A stretch of DNA of 64,000 bases from a virus, in IMG/VR virus record IMGVR_UViG_3300025913_000026, positions 1-64,000 of that record; one strand, 5' to 3'. The translations under genes were made by a program, and so were the position numbers. Below, piece after piece: positions 1-7,813 of this stretch. Every line of letters starts with the position of its first letter. The stretch's first letter is position 1. The notes beneath the pieces are model-generated. The model was not told the DNA's origin. It did no database searches and was given only the letters and a program-made list of their open reading frames with translations.

Positions 1-150
1 TCATATGTAACAAATCAGTTACATTATTGATATAACTAATTGTTAATCAAAATGTTGATAAAGTTTTCAAGCTTTGCTTGTAAGTTTCTTTATCAACATT
101 TTGATTAACAATTAGTTATATCAATAATGTAACTGATTTGTTACATATGA
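1..150. repeat. 63-bp perfect inverted repeat with 24-nt spacer
   Basis: 1-63 is the exact reverse complement of 88-150; the spacer holds a small hairpin caagc-ttt-gcttg (68-80). Confidence 0.95.
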
Positions 151-190
151 GTGTCTAATACTCACCGATGACGGTACTCACTTCGAAAAA

Positions 191-649
191 CTACGATAAA
201 ACATCCATGGAACTAAGACTTGGAGTATGGATATTTATCTCTATTCTCCCCGTAGGTTCATTGATCCAAATCTTTGCAAGTCCTGCATAGTGAGCTATCC
301 CTTTATCTTCGGTCATAAGCCCATCTTCCAGGGCCTTTAGTAAGTTCGACAAGTCCGGCTTATTTCTGTGAAGCTTCATATGTTGGGCTTCTTTTTGATA
401 TTTTTTCCAGCTTTTTGACACCGGGATATAGAATATTATTTCAGCCCCTTGCTCTGGAAGCATGAAATGTTGCTGCTTGGCTAATGCTAATACAGCTATT
501 TTATATTTATTATACTGCTCCAATCTTTCCAGTCTTTTCAAACTGGCTGGGCGTAATTTATCTCTTGGTATTCTGAAGAATATTCTATCATTCTGCGTCG
601 CCCGAACATATGTCTGCGGGGTTATTTCAAGTATTATTTTCTTTTGCAT
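191..649 (-). CDS. rusA: RusA-like Holliday junction resolvase
   Basis: KPDLSNLLKALEDGL..ED motif matches the RusA catalytic region. Confidence 0.75.
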   Translation of the reverse strand: MQKKIILEITPQTYVRATQNDRIFFRIPRDKLRPASLKRLERLEQYNKYKIAVLALAKQQHFMLPEQGAEIIFYIPVSKSWKKYQKEAQHMKLHRNKPDLSNLLKALEDGLMTEDKGIAHYAGLAKIWINEPTGRIEINIHTPSLSSMDVLS

Positions 650-818
650 TAGTGCGCTTTCTTTTAGATTCTTTTACCGCTCGTTCCAATAAAATAGCAG
701 CCATGTTTGACAAAGTTCTGTCATTTTTCTTAGCCATTTCATCTATTTCTTGATACAATCCCCAGCTTACCGTGGTACTGATTTGCGGATTCTTCCCATC
801 ATGCTCATTACTTATCAT
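627..818 (-). CDS. ribbon-helix-helix DNA-binding protein
   Basis: ISTTVSWGLYQEIDEMAKKNDRTLSNMAAILLERAV fits the Arc/CopG pattern. Confidence 0.7.
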   Translation of the reverse strand: MISNEHDGKNPQISTTVSWGLYQEIDEMAKKNDRTLSNMAAILLERAVKESKRKRTNAKENNT

Positions 819-838
819 AATTTAAGTACTTATTTTAA

Positions 839-1732
839 TTATTTATTCAATACCTGATACTTTTCGTGGAATTGATTCAACCAATCCCGGCCAAATTTTA
901 CCCTATCATACAGCTTTTGTTTCTCAAACTCCGTGAACGGCTCTACTTTGATCTTATGCACACGTTTATTTGGTGGAATGTGATCGAACCTCATTGATCG
1001 TTCCCATTTAGGCCATTCTTTTAGCATTTCAGGAGATTCTGGAGTGGTAGCACCGATCTTTTTAGTCACACGCCATCTCATTTCCTCTATAATGTGCTCT
1101 GGATTGCTGATTAAAGTGTTGGCAATATATCCTTCCCCGGCTCCGGTAATGTCACAGTATCCTTGGACCTGCTCTTTCTGACCATTTTCCAGCCCTGTAT
1201 TGATCTTCTTTAGAAACGTAGGATAATCCCATGAATTTTTTATGTCAGTTATATTGGTTGCAGCATAAACATGCTCCCCCAGGTAAATATCTATCTCTCC
1301 ACTCAGATAATCGTTATAAATCCTTTCTTTGTGGATTTGGTATGGTTGCTTATCAACTCTCATTAGAAGCGTTACAGCCTCATTTTCGCCTTCTCTGCCC
1401 TTCTGAATAGCCAATAACTCCATAGATTCCTTGTTTACGGCTATCATGCCTTCGGTTATCCAGGCATATTCAGCCATTAGATATGCTATATAGGTATCTG
1501 AGAGGACTACTTTCTTGCTATTTTCTTCCTTTACTTGTAATTCGGCTAATTCAGCCTGCTGTTTTTCGGTTATTTTGCCTTTTTCTTGCAGCTTATCGTT
1601 CAATTCCTTTATCCTAGCTTCCTGATTCTCTGTTAGAATAGGATTTGACCGGCTATTTGATAAGGCAGCTACAATCTGGGAACACCTAACCTTGAAACTA
1701 TCGAAGCTTATCACTTTATCGACCATCTTCAC
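839..1732 (-). CDS. YqaJ/lambda-exonuclease-like PD-(D/E)xK nuclease
   Basis: Motifs RCSQI, KGREGENEA, SGEIDI, DIKNSWD, QVQGY. Confidence 0.75.
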   Translation of the reverse strand: MKMVDKVISFDSFKVRCSQIVAALSNSRSNPILTENQEARIKELNDKLQEKGKITEKQQAELAELQVKEENSKKVVLSDTYIAYLMAEYAWITEGMIAVNKESMELLAIQKGREGENEAVTLLMRVDKQPYQIHKERIYNDYLSGEIDIYLGEHVYAATNITDIKNSWDYPTFLKKINTGLENGQKEQVQGYCDITGAGEGYIANTLISNPEHIIEEMRWRVTKKIGATTPESPEMLKEWPKWERSMRFDHIPPNKRVHKIKVEPFTEFEKQKLYDRVKFGRDWLNQFHEKYQVLNK

Positions 1733-2060
1733 CCTCCTTTTCTTCAGAAATGTACATTGGGTATATGTCTGGCATTACACCATGAGTAAGCAAGTTGTTA
1801 AGGACATTATCTAGCGCTTTGAATTGATCGTCAAACTCATCTGTGCCTATTTGTACCGTTTGCCACATTAATATTTCAGATGTTTCTCCTTGTCGGTATA
1901 CTCTAAACTCGTAAAACGAGGAACTAGTATAGCTCATGTCTACTTCATAGATAGTATATTTTTCAGAGGCTATAATAGATTTCCGTATTAATGATAAAAG
2001 CTGATCCATCTGTCGGTTATACCGAATCTTATCCAATAATCTTCTGTTGTGATTGCTCAT
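1716..2060 (-). CDS. hypothetical protein
   Basis: ORF tiles the leftward operon with short overlaps. Confidence 0.6.
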   Translation of the reverse strand: MSNHNRRLLDKIRYNRQMDQLLSLIRKSIIASEKYTIYEVDMSYTSSSFYEFRVYRQGETSEILMWQTVQIGTDEFDDQFKALDNVLNNLLTHGVMPDIYPMYISEEKEGEDGR

Positions 2061-2124
2061 TTTATGCTTTGATTTATATTACTGAAGTCTATTCCCATGT
2101 TCAATACAATATATAAATTGTTAT

Positions 2125-2391
2125 TTACCAAGGATTTGAATTATTATGTCTATTTAAATAAAGCGCCCAGACTTCTTCGTCCGTTTTGGATCCCCATTCA
2201 GGGATTTCACTTTTATACCATAGTCCATCTTGGTGATAGAGATAGTTTTCATTGACCCATTTAGCGAAATGAAGAGAAGTTTGTCGCGCATAATCAACCA
2301 TGCAATCAAAAACCAACGGCTCAGTAATGTGGTCATTTGAGAAGTATTTTGGCGTTAAATACCACTTATTTAATATTTCCTGCATGTCCAT
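2125..2391 (-). CDS. hypothetical protein
   Basis: 88-aa ORF with AT-rich leader, in operon. Confidence 0.6.
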   Translation of the reverse strand: MDMQEILNKWYLTPKYFSNDHITEPLVFDCMVDYARQTSLHFAKWVNENYLYHQDGLWYKSEIPEWGSKTDEEVWALYLNRHNNSNPW

Positions 2392-2393
2392 AA

Positions 2394-2659
2394 TTAATAA
2401 CTTTTACCCTGTGAATAAACGCAATATAAATACCACTGGCCTTGCTCAGTTAGCTTCCATTTATTTTTTTGCTTACTGTAAGCCCAAGTTCTGCACATAT
2501 GCTTGTAGCCGTAGCGCCAGTCCTTAATCCACTTGCGCATTTCAGGACTGTATTGTTGATTAGTTCTCGCTTGTTGTTATTCAGATACTCTCCAAAGTTC
2601 CCATTCCCCCAGGCCTTCTCTATCTGTTCATCTGTTATTAGTTCTTCTGGTTTATCCAT
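2394..2659 (-). pseudogene. hypothetical protein with apparent frameshift in an A7 run
   Basis: Adding one A to the homopolymer at 2464-2470 extends the ORF to NKWKLTEQGQWYLYCVYSQGKSY*, which ends next to the following gene. Confidence 0.55.
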
Positions 2660-2992
2660 TTATTCTGATTGTTTTTTAGGTTTTGCTTTAAATTTCGCTC
2701 TACATCTATCACAATATGCGGTTTTACTACCTGATCTTGATTGTTTTATACTGCCACCACATGAACAATGCCTATCCTTCAATAATTCAGCCATTTGAGC
2801 GTTAATGGATTTGTTTTTATGTTCTCTAATCGCGGCCTTTTCTTCTACTGTTGGTGGGCACAAGATCATCATCAAGCGCTTGTATTCCTTTGCAATCCAC
2901 GGCTCCTCATGATGCAAACCATCTCCCATCATTTCCCCCAGCCGGATGAATTGTCTCCATAAATGTTCGTTTCCAGGCTCTTTATTTATCAT
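2660..2992 (-). CDS. zinc-ribbon protein
   Basis: CSCGG...YCDRC at the C-terminus. Confidence 0.65.
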   Translation of the reverse strand: MINKEPGNEHLWRQFIRLGEMMGDGLHHEEPWIAKEYKRLMMILCPPTVEEKAAIREHKNKSINAQMAELLKDRHCSCGGSIKQSRSGSKTAYCDRCRAKFKAKPKKQSE

Positions 2993-3283
2993 TTCTCCAA
3001 GGGTATTTTAGTTTCCAGCACCAAAGTATTTTGTAGCGGCCTTTTGAATGTTTATCCTGCATTACCGGAAAGGTTGTAGTGGAATATTGCCGCTGATAAA
3101 CGTTATCCCAGTATACATAAAGTAGTCTGCGCCTGCGTCCCATTCTTTAACACATTGAATCTATTTTGTCCTGTTTTTGGTTTTCTTCATCAGTTCTTGC
3201 AATTGATAACATGGCCCGTAATATTCCTTCAAATGCTTTGGCCGGGCTCGTTTATCGCCTAAGATTGTTTCTTTAGTCATTTG

Positions 3284-3490
3284 TTATAGGTTTTTTATAA
3301 ACTCATATATTTTAGACTTCATGTCGGATTTAGTTCTCATTTCCTGAATAATATCTTCATGATTGGCTTCTCGGGGAATAACCTGCTGAACTCCCTTCAT
3401 AAGCGATATTGCCTGAATGAATACCTCTAAATCATCTTCTCGAACATCCTTTTCAAGGATAACTGTAAGCCCTTTTATTCTGTCTGTCAT
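3284..3490 (-). CDS. hypothetical protein (start MTDRIKG)
   Basis: Likely start at 3490, after the previous stop; AT-rich leader. Confidence 0.6.
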   Translation of the reverse strand: MTDRIKGLTVILEKDVREDDLEVFIQAISLMKGVQQVIPREANHEDIIQEMRTKSDMKSKIYEFIKNL

Positions 3491-3500
3491 ATATGTTGTT

Positions 3501-3689
3501 TTATTGTTTAGGTGGTTCAGGAAGTTCACACCAATGAGTCACGGGAAGCCATTCTTCTTTGTCATCTTCCCATCCAAGCCGGTACTTTGTGTTATACCAT
3601 GCGTGACCTACCTTATGATAGTCCAAGGCATATGTCAAATATTTGCCGCTATGTTCTGGATTTCTTTCGCTTACTGGTATCCATTCCAT
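3501..3689 (-). CDS. DUF551-family phage protein
   Basis: MEWIPVSERNPE...VTHWCELPEPP signature. Confidence 0.85.
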   Translation of the reverse strand: MEWIPVSERNPEHSGKYLTYALDYHKVGHAWYNTKYRLGWEDDKEEWLPVTHWCELPEPPKQ

Positions 3690-3701
3690 GTATTTATTGT
3701 T

Positions 3702-3959
3702 TTAGTATTGTTCTCTTACTTGAATTACAGGTAGTTGTTCGTCTGGGTTTAGAAGATTGGGATAACCATAATTTGCATTAGTAACAGGAGGATGAATAAT
3801 TCCTGAACGAGCAGCAAATGACTGTACTTTAGACATGGCTTCTTCTAATTTATCAATTGGGCTATGGATTGTATCTTCAAAGGGGAGTTCAATTCCCACC
3901 CAGCGCTTTAGACCTGTCATGGTCATAAACTCTTCGCTATATTTTACTGTTCCTTGCAT
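3702..3959 (-). CDS. hypothetical protein
   Basis: ORF in operon. Confidence 0.6.
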   Translation of the reverse strand: MQGTVKYSEEFMTMTGLKRWVGIELPFEDTIHSPIDKLEEAMSKVQSFAARSGIIHPPVTNANYGYPNLLNPDEQLPVIQVREQY

Positions 3960-3967
3960 ATAATTAT

Positions 3968-4201
3968 TTATTGTATTTTTAAGTACCCGTTTTCTTCAGC
4001 CCATTTTTTGAGATCTTTTTCAGTAAATACATCTTCTGGATTGAAATTACCTTGAAGATGACCTATTAAATCTTCATCATCAATTTCGGTTAAAAGCTCA
4101 TCTATATCTGGCGAATCCACTATCAATTTCATTTTTCTATATCCATCCGGCTTTGAAGTAATTTCTTCACAAGTAAATGATATCTCTTTTGTTTTTGCCA
4201 T
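3968..4201 (-). CDS. hypothetical acidic protein
   Basis: ORF in operon; PEDVFTEKDLKKWAEENGY C-terminus. Confidence 0.6.
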   Translation of the reverse strand: MAKTKEISFTCEEITSKPDGYRKMKLIVDSPDIDELLTEIDDEDLIGHLQGNFNPEDVFTEKDLKKWAEENGYLKIQ

Positions 4202-4306
4202 TTAATTAAAATTTAAGCCCCTTTCCATAGTCCATATATCATAAAGGGAGCTGGTTTTAATTTATGAACTACTTATAAGGGGCTTGGTTATTAAATATTG
4301 GTTGGG

Positions 4307-4559
4307 TTAGTATTGCCAAGTCACGGCTTTTACAGCCCACATTTGACTTGTTTGTGCTTCTGTAATAGCCACGGAGAGTTGGCGTTTTACTTCACCATTA
4401 GTCGTTTCATCACGAAAACTGATTAAGCATATCAATATACATAGCCTGAGCCTGCTTGATAGCATTCACCTTTTCATGACCACCTGGATTGAAAGTTAAG
4501 CCTACGGCTTTTTCGCCAAATGTTAATTCTCTCGTATCCTTCTGAGGAACTTCTGACAT
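4307..4559 (-). pseudogene. Acb2/Tad1-like helical-hairpin (putative nucleotide-sponge) protein, interrupted by a +1 frameshift
   Basis: The frame reads MSEVPQ..TFGEKAVGLTFNPGG..MLNQF. Skipping one base in the run at 4415-4418 continues it as RDETTNGEVKRQLSVAITEAQTSQMWAVKAVTWQY*. Confidence 0.6.
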
Positions 4560-4572
4560 AATTGATTTGTAT

Positions 4573-4929
4573 TTATTGGTTATTAATTTCTTCTGGCGTA
4601 TCCAGTACTTGCCTGATTGCACTTATTATTTGTTCCAATCCTTCATCCTGTATTTCCCAGCACATTAAATTAAGATCAGCAAGCAGTACTGTTTCGTTTT
4701 TAAGAAAGCTGCGTTTGAATGCCTTACGATGTTCTTCGGTTGTGTTATTGTGGTTTATGAAATACAATTCTACATTTTTAACTGCGTTCAGCACACACTT
4801 CACACGGTATTTAAGATTTTGCTTGGTATCATCAACTATTAACCTAGCACCGTAATCGGCCAGCATACAACCTAATACCATTAATTTAATTGCATCTACT
4901 GTTTCTGGGTTGTTATATACTGTTTTCAT
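4573..4929 (-). CDS. hypothetical protein (start MKTVYNN)
   Basis: ATG at 4929, downstream of the terminator hairpin. Confidence 0.6.
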   Translation of the reverse strand: MKTVYNNPETVDAIKLMVLGCMLADYGARLIVDDTKQNLKYRVKCVLNAVKNVELYFINHNNTTEEHRKAFKRSFLKNETVLLADLNLMCWEIQDEGLEQIISAIRQVLDTPEEINNQ

Positions 4930-4948
4930 TTGTGGGAGTTTAAAAGAA

Positions 4949-4970
4949 GGGGCCAGTAGAAATTGGCCCC
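4949..4970 (-). terminator. intrinsic terminator after the tRNA/ncRNA cluster
   Basis: ggggccagt-agaa-attggcccc hairpin followed by TTCTTTT on the minus strand. Confidence 0.6.
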
Positions 4971-5008
4971 GTATTATCAAATACCATTAACCATTAAACC
5001 TTATCCTG

Positions 5009-5081
5009 TAGCTACACCGGGATTTGAACCCGGACTGTACAGATTTTAAGTCTGTTGACTCTACCGTTGGTCTATGTAGCT
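5009..5081 (-). tRNA. tRNA-Leu(UAA), 73 nt, short variable loop, no encoded CCA
   Basis: Acceptor AGCTACA/TGTAGCT; D-loop with GG; anticodon arm ACAGA-CT-TAA-AA-TCTGT; T-arm CCGGG-TTCAAAT-CCCGG; discriminator A. Confidence 0.9.
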
Positions 5082-5215
5082 ATGTGCCACATCTTAACCA
5101 TGAATAGAATAGATGTGGCCTTTTGAGTTCTTGCTGTATCCTGTTAAAAAAATGATCGGGTCTTATGATGGGACGTGTACCGCCGGATTCCATTTGCCCG
5201 ACCTTAAGTAAGTAT

Positions 5216-5407
5216 CTACTATATGATGGCAGGATTGGTTACCTGCTTATGTTCCAGTTGACAGAGGGCCGCCTATTTCATGGATTTTAAATCCACTATG
5301 CACCCTTGCATATCTCCGAAGATGTAGTCGATAATGTTACCACTACCCGAGTGCTGCCTATCGGAACTTATCTGCATCAGCGTTATTCCAGCCACATCAC
5401 ACAGTAG
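5216..5407 (-). ncRNA. tRNA-like structured RNA with a large multi-hairpin insert
   Basis: 13-bp closing stem CTACTGTGTGATG/CATCATATAGTAG with G-U pairs on the minus strand; T-arm-like GCAGG-TAACCAAT-CCTGC; four internal hairpins. Confidence 0.65.
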
Positions 5408-5414
5408 AAAGAAG

Positions 5415-5511
5415 TTTATTGGTTACACCACTATTAAACCGCCATCCTTAGCTGGTCGAATGTTAGACAATAATTCCGTTAGGAATCCCGCGGCTTTTAG
5501 CAACCAATAAA
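5415..5511 (-). ncRNA. putative structured ncRNA
   Basis: TTTATTGGTT/AACCAATAAA closing stem, then GCTA/TAGT and AAGCCGC/GCGGTTT, with two internal hairpins. Confidence 0.5.
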
Positions 5512-5516
5512 TAAAA

Positions 5517-5528
5517 TTCAAAGAACTT
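5517..5528 (-). promoter_or_regulatory. boxA-like antitermination site
   Basis: AAGTTCTTTGAA on the minus strand, directly 5' of the RNA cluster; resembles rRNA-leader boxA. Confidence 0.5.
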
Positions 5529-5604
5529 AGCTATGATCTGATTACTAGTTTCAGATAGCACCCTTTTTTGCAACACTAATCCTAGATGTAGGTGGCATAG
5601 CTAA

Positions 5605-5799
5605 TTATTTAGTTTTTTCTTTAAGTCCCAGTTTATCTTTTACGCTTTTAGGCAGCTTACTAATCTTTAGAGCAATAGCCTCTTCAACGAAACGCTGAAT
5701 TGGGCATCCAGTAATTGCCTTAATATTCCTAACTATATCTAATACTCCGTTATCTATTCTCACAGGAGATGTTTCCATTATTTCATCGCTTCCTTTCAT
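5605..5799 (-). CDS. small RHH-like DNA-binding protein
   Basis: TSPVRIDNGVLDIVRNIKAITGCPIQRFVEEAI; first gene after a promoter. Confidence 0.6.
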   Translation of the reverse strand: MKGSDEIMETSPVRIDNGVLDIVRNIKAITGCPIQRFVEEAIALKISKLPKSVKDKLGLKEKTK

Positions 5800-5803
5800 G
5801 TAG

Positions 5804-5834
5804 CTAAATTACTACTTTTTATTACACTGCCAAA
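5804..5834 (-). promoter_or_regulatory. Bacteroidota sigma-A type promoter (leftward operon)
   Basis: TTTG (5834-5831), 19-nt spacer, then TAATTTAG (5811-5804), a near match to TAnnTTTG. Confidence 0.55.
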
Positions 5835-5856
5835 TATTTTTGAAATAAAAATCAAA

Positions 5857-5887
5857 AAGCCCAAGATTCAATTAAGAATCTGGGCTT
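5857..5887 (-). terminator. intrinsic terminator
   Basis: aagcccaagattc/gaatctgggctt hairpin with a T-run on the minus strand. Confidence 0.7.
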
Positions 5888-5908
5888 AGGAATAAATGAA
5901 GGCAAAAA

Positions 5909-6301
5909 CTATACAGGCGAAACAAAAACAGAATCAATATTATAAACTCTAGTGTTCCCAAAGTCTAATGGGAGTTCTAAATCATATTTCACTTTTCCTT
6001 CATAGAAATGAACCGTTAATATTTCGGCTATACAATCTACGGTAGCTAACGACCCATCACCTTTTGAAGATAATCCAGTCAATTTCAATGATGCCTTATC
6101 TCCTATTTGAAACTGAGAAGGCAAAATACATCCGGATGAATTACTGATTGGTTTTTGTTTTTCGTATTCTTCCTGGAATGTAATTAAATCTGGGATAGAA
6201 ACCTTAACCTCCCCGCTCAATAAGTGCTGTGTAAATTCTGTTTCGGTTGAATAAAATTGGCGTAGATGAGATAGCTTGTTAAAAAGAAATGAAGTAAACA
6301 T
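5909..6301 (-). CDS. hypothetical protein (likely start MFTSFL)
   Basis: ORF with SH3-like C-terminal half (QFQIGDKA..KVKYDLEL); ends at the terminator. Confidence 0.55.
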   Translation of the reverse strand: MFTSFLFNKLSHLRQFYSTETEFTQHLLSGEVKVSIPDLITFQEEYEKQKPISNSSGCILPSQFQIGDKASLKLTGLSSKGDGSLATVDCIAEILTVHFYEGKVKYDLELPLDFGNTRVYNIDSVFVSPV

Positions 6302-6428
6302 ACGAATTGAATAAACCGCTTTGCCGGTTCCTGCATTAAGGCCATAAATATAACCCAACTATTCTAATTTCAGTTATTCGATATTTTTTGATAACGGTGG
6401 AGGTATTGAAATTCTGATAACCTCCTTA

Positions 6429-6878
6429 ATGGATCAAAAGCAAGTTTCATATAATGAGTTCGTGTCCTTATACGAAAAGCGTTGGAATATAGAAGAAGCA
6501 TATAAGCTATATAAATGCCGCCTACAACTAGAAGCATGGTCTGGAAAAACTTCACTGGCTGTAAAACAGGATTTCTATGCAAAGGTATTCATTATGACCA
6601 CTACTGCTGTTTTAGCATTTCCAATAGATGAACAACTAAGAAAAGAACAGGAGGCAGAAAAGACCACTAAGCACAATTACAAGGTAAACAGAACAAATGC
6701 CCTGTCAATGGTAAAGGAATCTGCGCCAAAAATGTTTATCCATAAAGCCATTTCTTCAGCCATAGATGCTTTTGATAAAATAGCAAGAGCAACAGTAGAA
6801 ATAGTAAGACCAGGAAGAAAAGAAGCTAGAAAGAAAAGCCCTAAAAAGCCGCCATCCATGAATTATAAACAATTATAA
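6429..6878 (+). pseudogene. truncated IS4-family DDE transposase
   Basis: In-frame IEILITSL upstream, then LYEKRWNIEEAYKLYK (Y-R-E-K motif) and VKQDFYAKVF; the N-terminal part is missing. Confidence 0.85.
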
Positions 6879-6897
6879 CAAAACAAAAACTTTGTCT

Positions 6898-7038
6898 ATG
6901 TCAAATATTGATGATAGAATTATTTACGAGTTAATGGATAGCCTTAATCAATTAAAAAGAGAGATTAAAGATTTAAAAGAAGAAATAAGAGATTTGAAAA
7001 AAGCTGTTAAAGAAAATACAGATTTTCACTCACTGTGA
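6898..7038 (+). CDS. 46-aa coiled-coil peptide
   Basis: MSNIDDRIIYELMDSLNQLKREIKDLKEEIRDLKKAVKENTDFHSL*, translated by hand. Confidence 0.5.
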   Translation: MSNIDDRIIYELMDSLNQLKREIKDLKEEIRDLKKAVKENTDFHSL

Positions 7039-7199
7039 ATAGTAGAATGATAACTAATTTCTTCAAGCAGAGCATACAATATACGCTCTGCTTTTTTATT
7101 ATTACAACCATTCAAATATCCCAATATTGTATCGGCCACTGTTTTATCATCTTCTGGTAATCTTTCATATTGTTGTGAATGCTCTTCTTTATTACTCAT
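7026..7199 (-). CDS. 57-aa hypothetical protein
   Basis: MSNKEEHSQQYERLPEDDKTVADTILGYLNGCNNKKAERILYALLEEISYHSTIHSE*; convergent with the previous ORF. Confidence 0.5.
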   Translation of the reverse strand: MSNKEEHSQQYERLPEDDKTVADTILGYLNGCNNKKAERILYALLEEISYHSTIHSE

Positions 7200-7232
7200 A
7201 ATATATTATTTATTCTTAATTCAACGACATTG

Positions 7233-7545
7233 AATACCAAGTACCCACAAATCTAGGTACTTTCCCGTAAACCACCCCACCCTCGCTAATAAAACTGGGT
7301 ACCCCTCGATTTACACTCACTGAGTACACCCCCTACGTTTAGATCGATGGTCGGTCAATGGGCAAACGTTTATCTGTAATGGGGTGGGCGGCGTTTCCCA
7401 TTTTGCTTTCCAGGTAGTTATGTAATCTGCGCTGTTGTGGTTGTGATGGTCTATGGCTTTGACTAATTGGCGTTTAGGTTAGATTGCTTTGTGGTTAGAG
7501 TGTGGTGGGTTGGATTGGGGGATGGGGGGGATTGGGAGATATTTT
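7233..7545. other. non-coding divergence region with C-rich then G-rich skew (candidate genome end/origin)
   Basis: No credible ORF; C-runs at 7270-7335 and G-runs at 7380-7536; transcription diverges here. Confidence 0.45.
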
Positions 7546-7580
7546 GGTTAGGTTAATTAATGTGACTAACTTGTGACATC

Positions 7581-7769
7581 ATGGCTAAACAACCTAACCT
7601 AATTATAATAGACTTGACGCAATGGACTACCCAAGTAGACAAGGCAGCGAATACTATAGGCAAGTCCGGTAAACCTGTCACGGTTGAATATATTAGCAAG
7701 CTAGTAAGACAAGGCAAGCTGAGGAGTAAATACATTAAAGAATTGGGCATCACTCTAGTAGAGCGTTAA
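7581..7769 (+). CDS. small HTH (excisionase/MerR-like) DNA-binding protein
   Basis: WTTQVDKAA..VTVEYISKLVRQGKLRSKYI pattern. Confidence 0.6.
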   Translation: MAKQPNLIIIDLTQWTTQVDKAANTIGKSGKPVTVEYISKLVRQGKLRSKYIKELGITLVER

Positions 7770-7813
7770 CATTTACGTGTTTTTACTCAATCTTAAAATA
7801 GCTTCAAAATAAA

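Larger units (their letters stand above)
6390..7232 (+). mobile_element. IS4-family remnant (3' half plus right inverted repeat)
   Basis: Transposase C-terminus plus cttaattcaacgacattg (7215-7232), whose reverse complement CAATGTCGTTGAATTAAG resembles IS4 terminal repeats; no left end found. Confidence 0.7.

Noticed and set aside
3062-3280. In-frame TAG (3161-3163) in a minus-strand ORF, suggesting crAss-type stop-codon reassignment
   Set aside because: All long genes are open in code 11, several genes end at TAG or TGA next to the following gene, and there is no suppressor tRNA; more likely a decayed or mis-assembled ORF.
5216-5407. tmRNA or intron-containing tRNA
   Set aside because: Too short, no tag ORF or group I core recognised, and the T-loop is non-canonical.
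5862-5876. caagattcaattaag as the IS4 left inverted repeat
   Set aside because: Poor match to the right-end 18-mer, and it is explained as part of a terminator hairpin.
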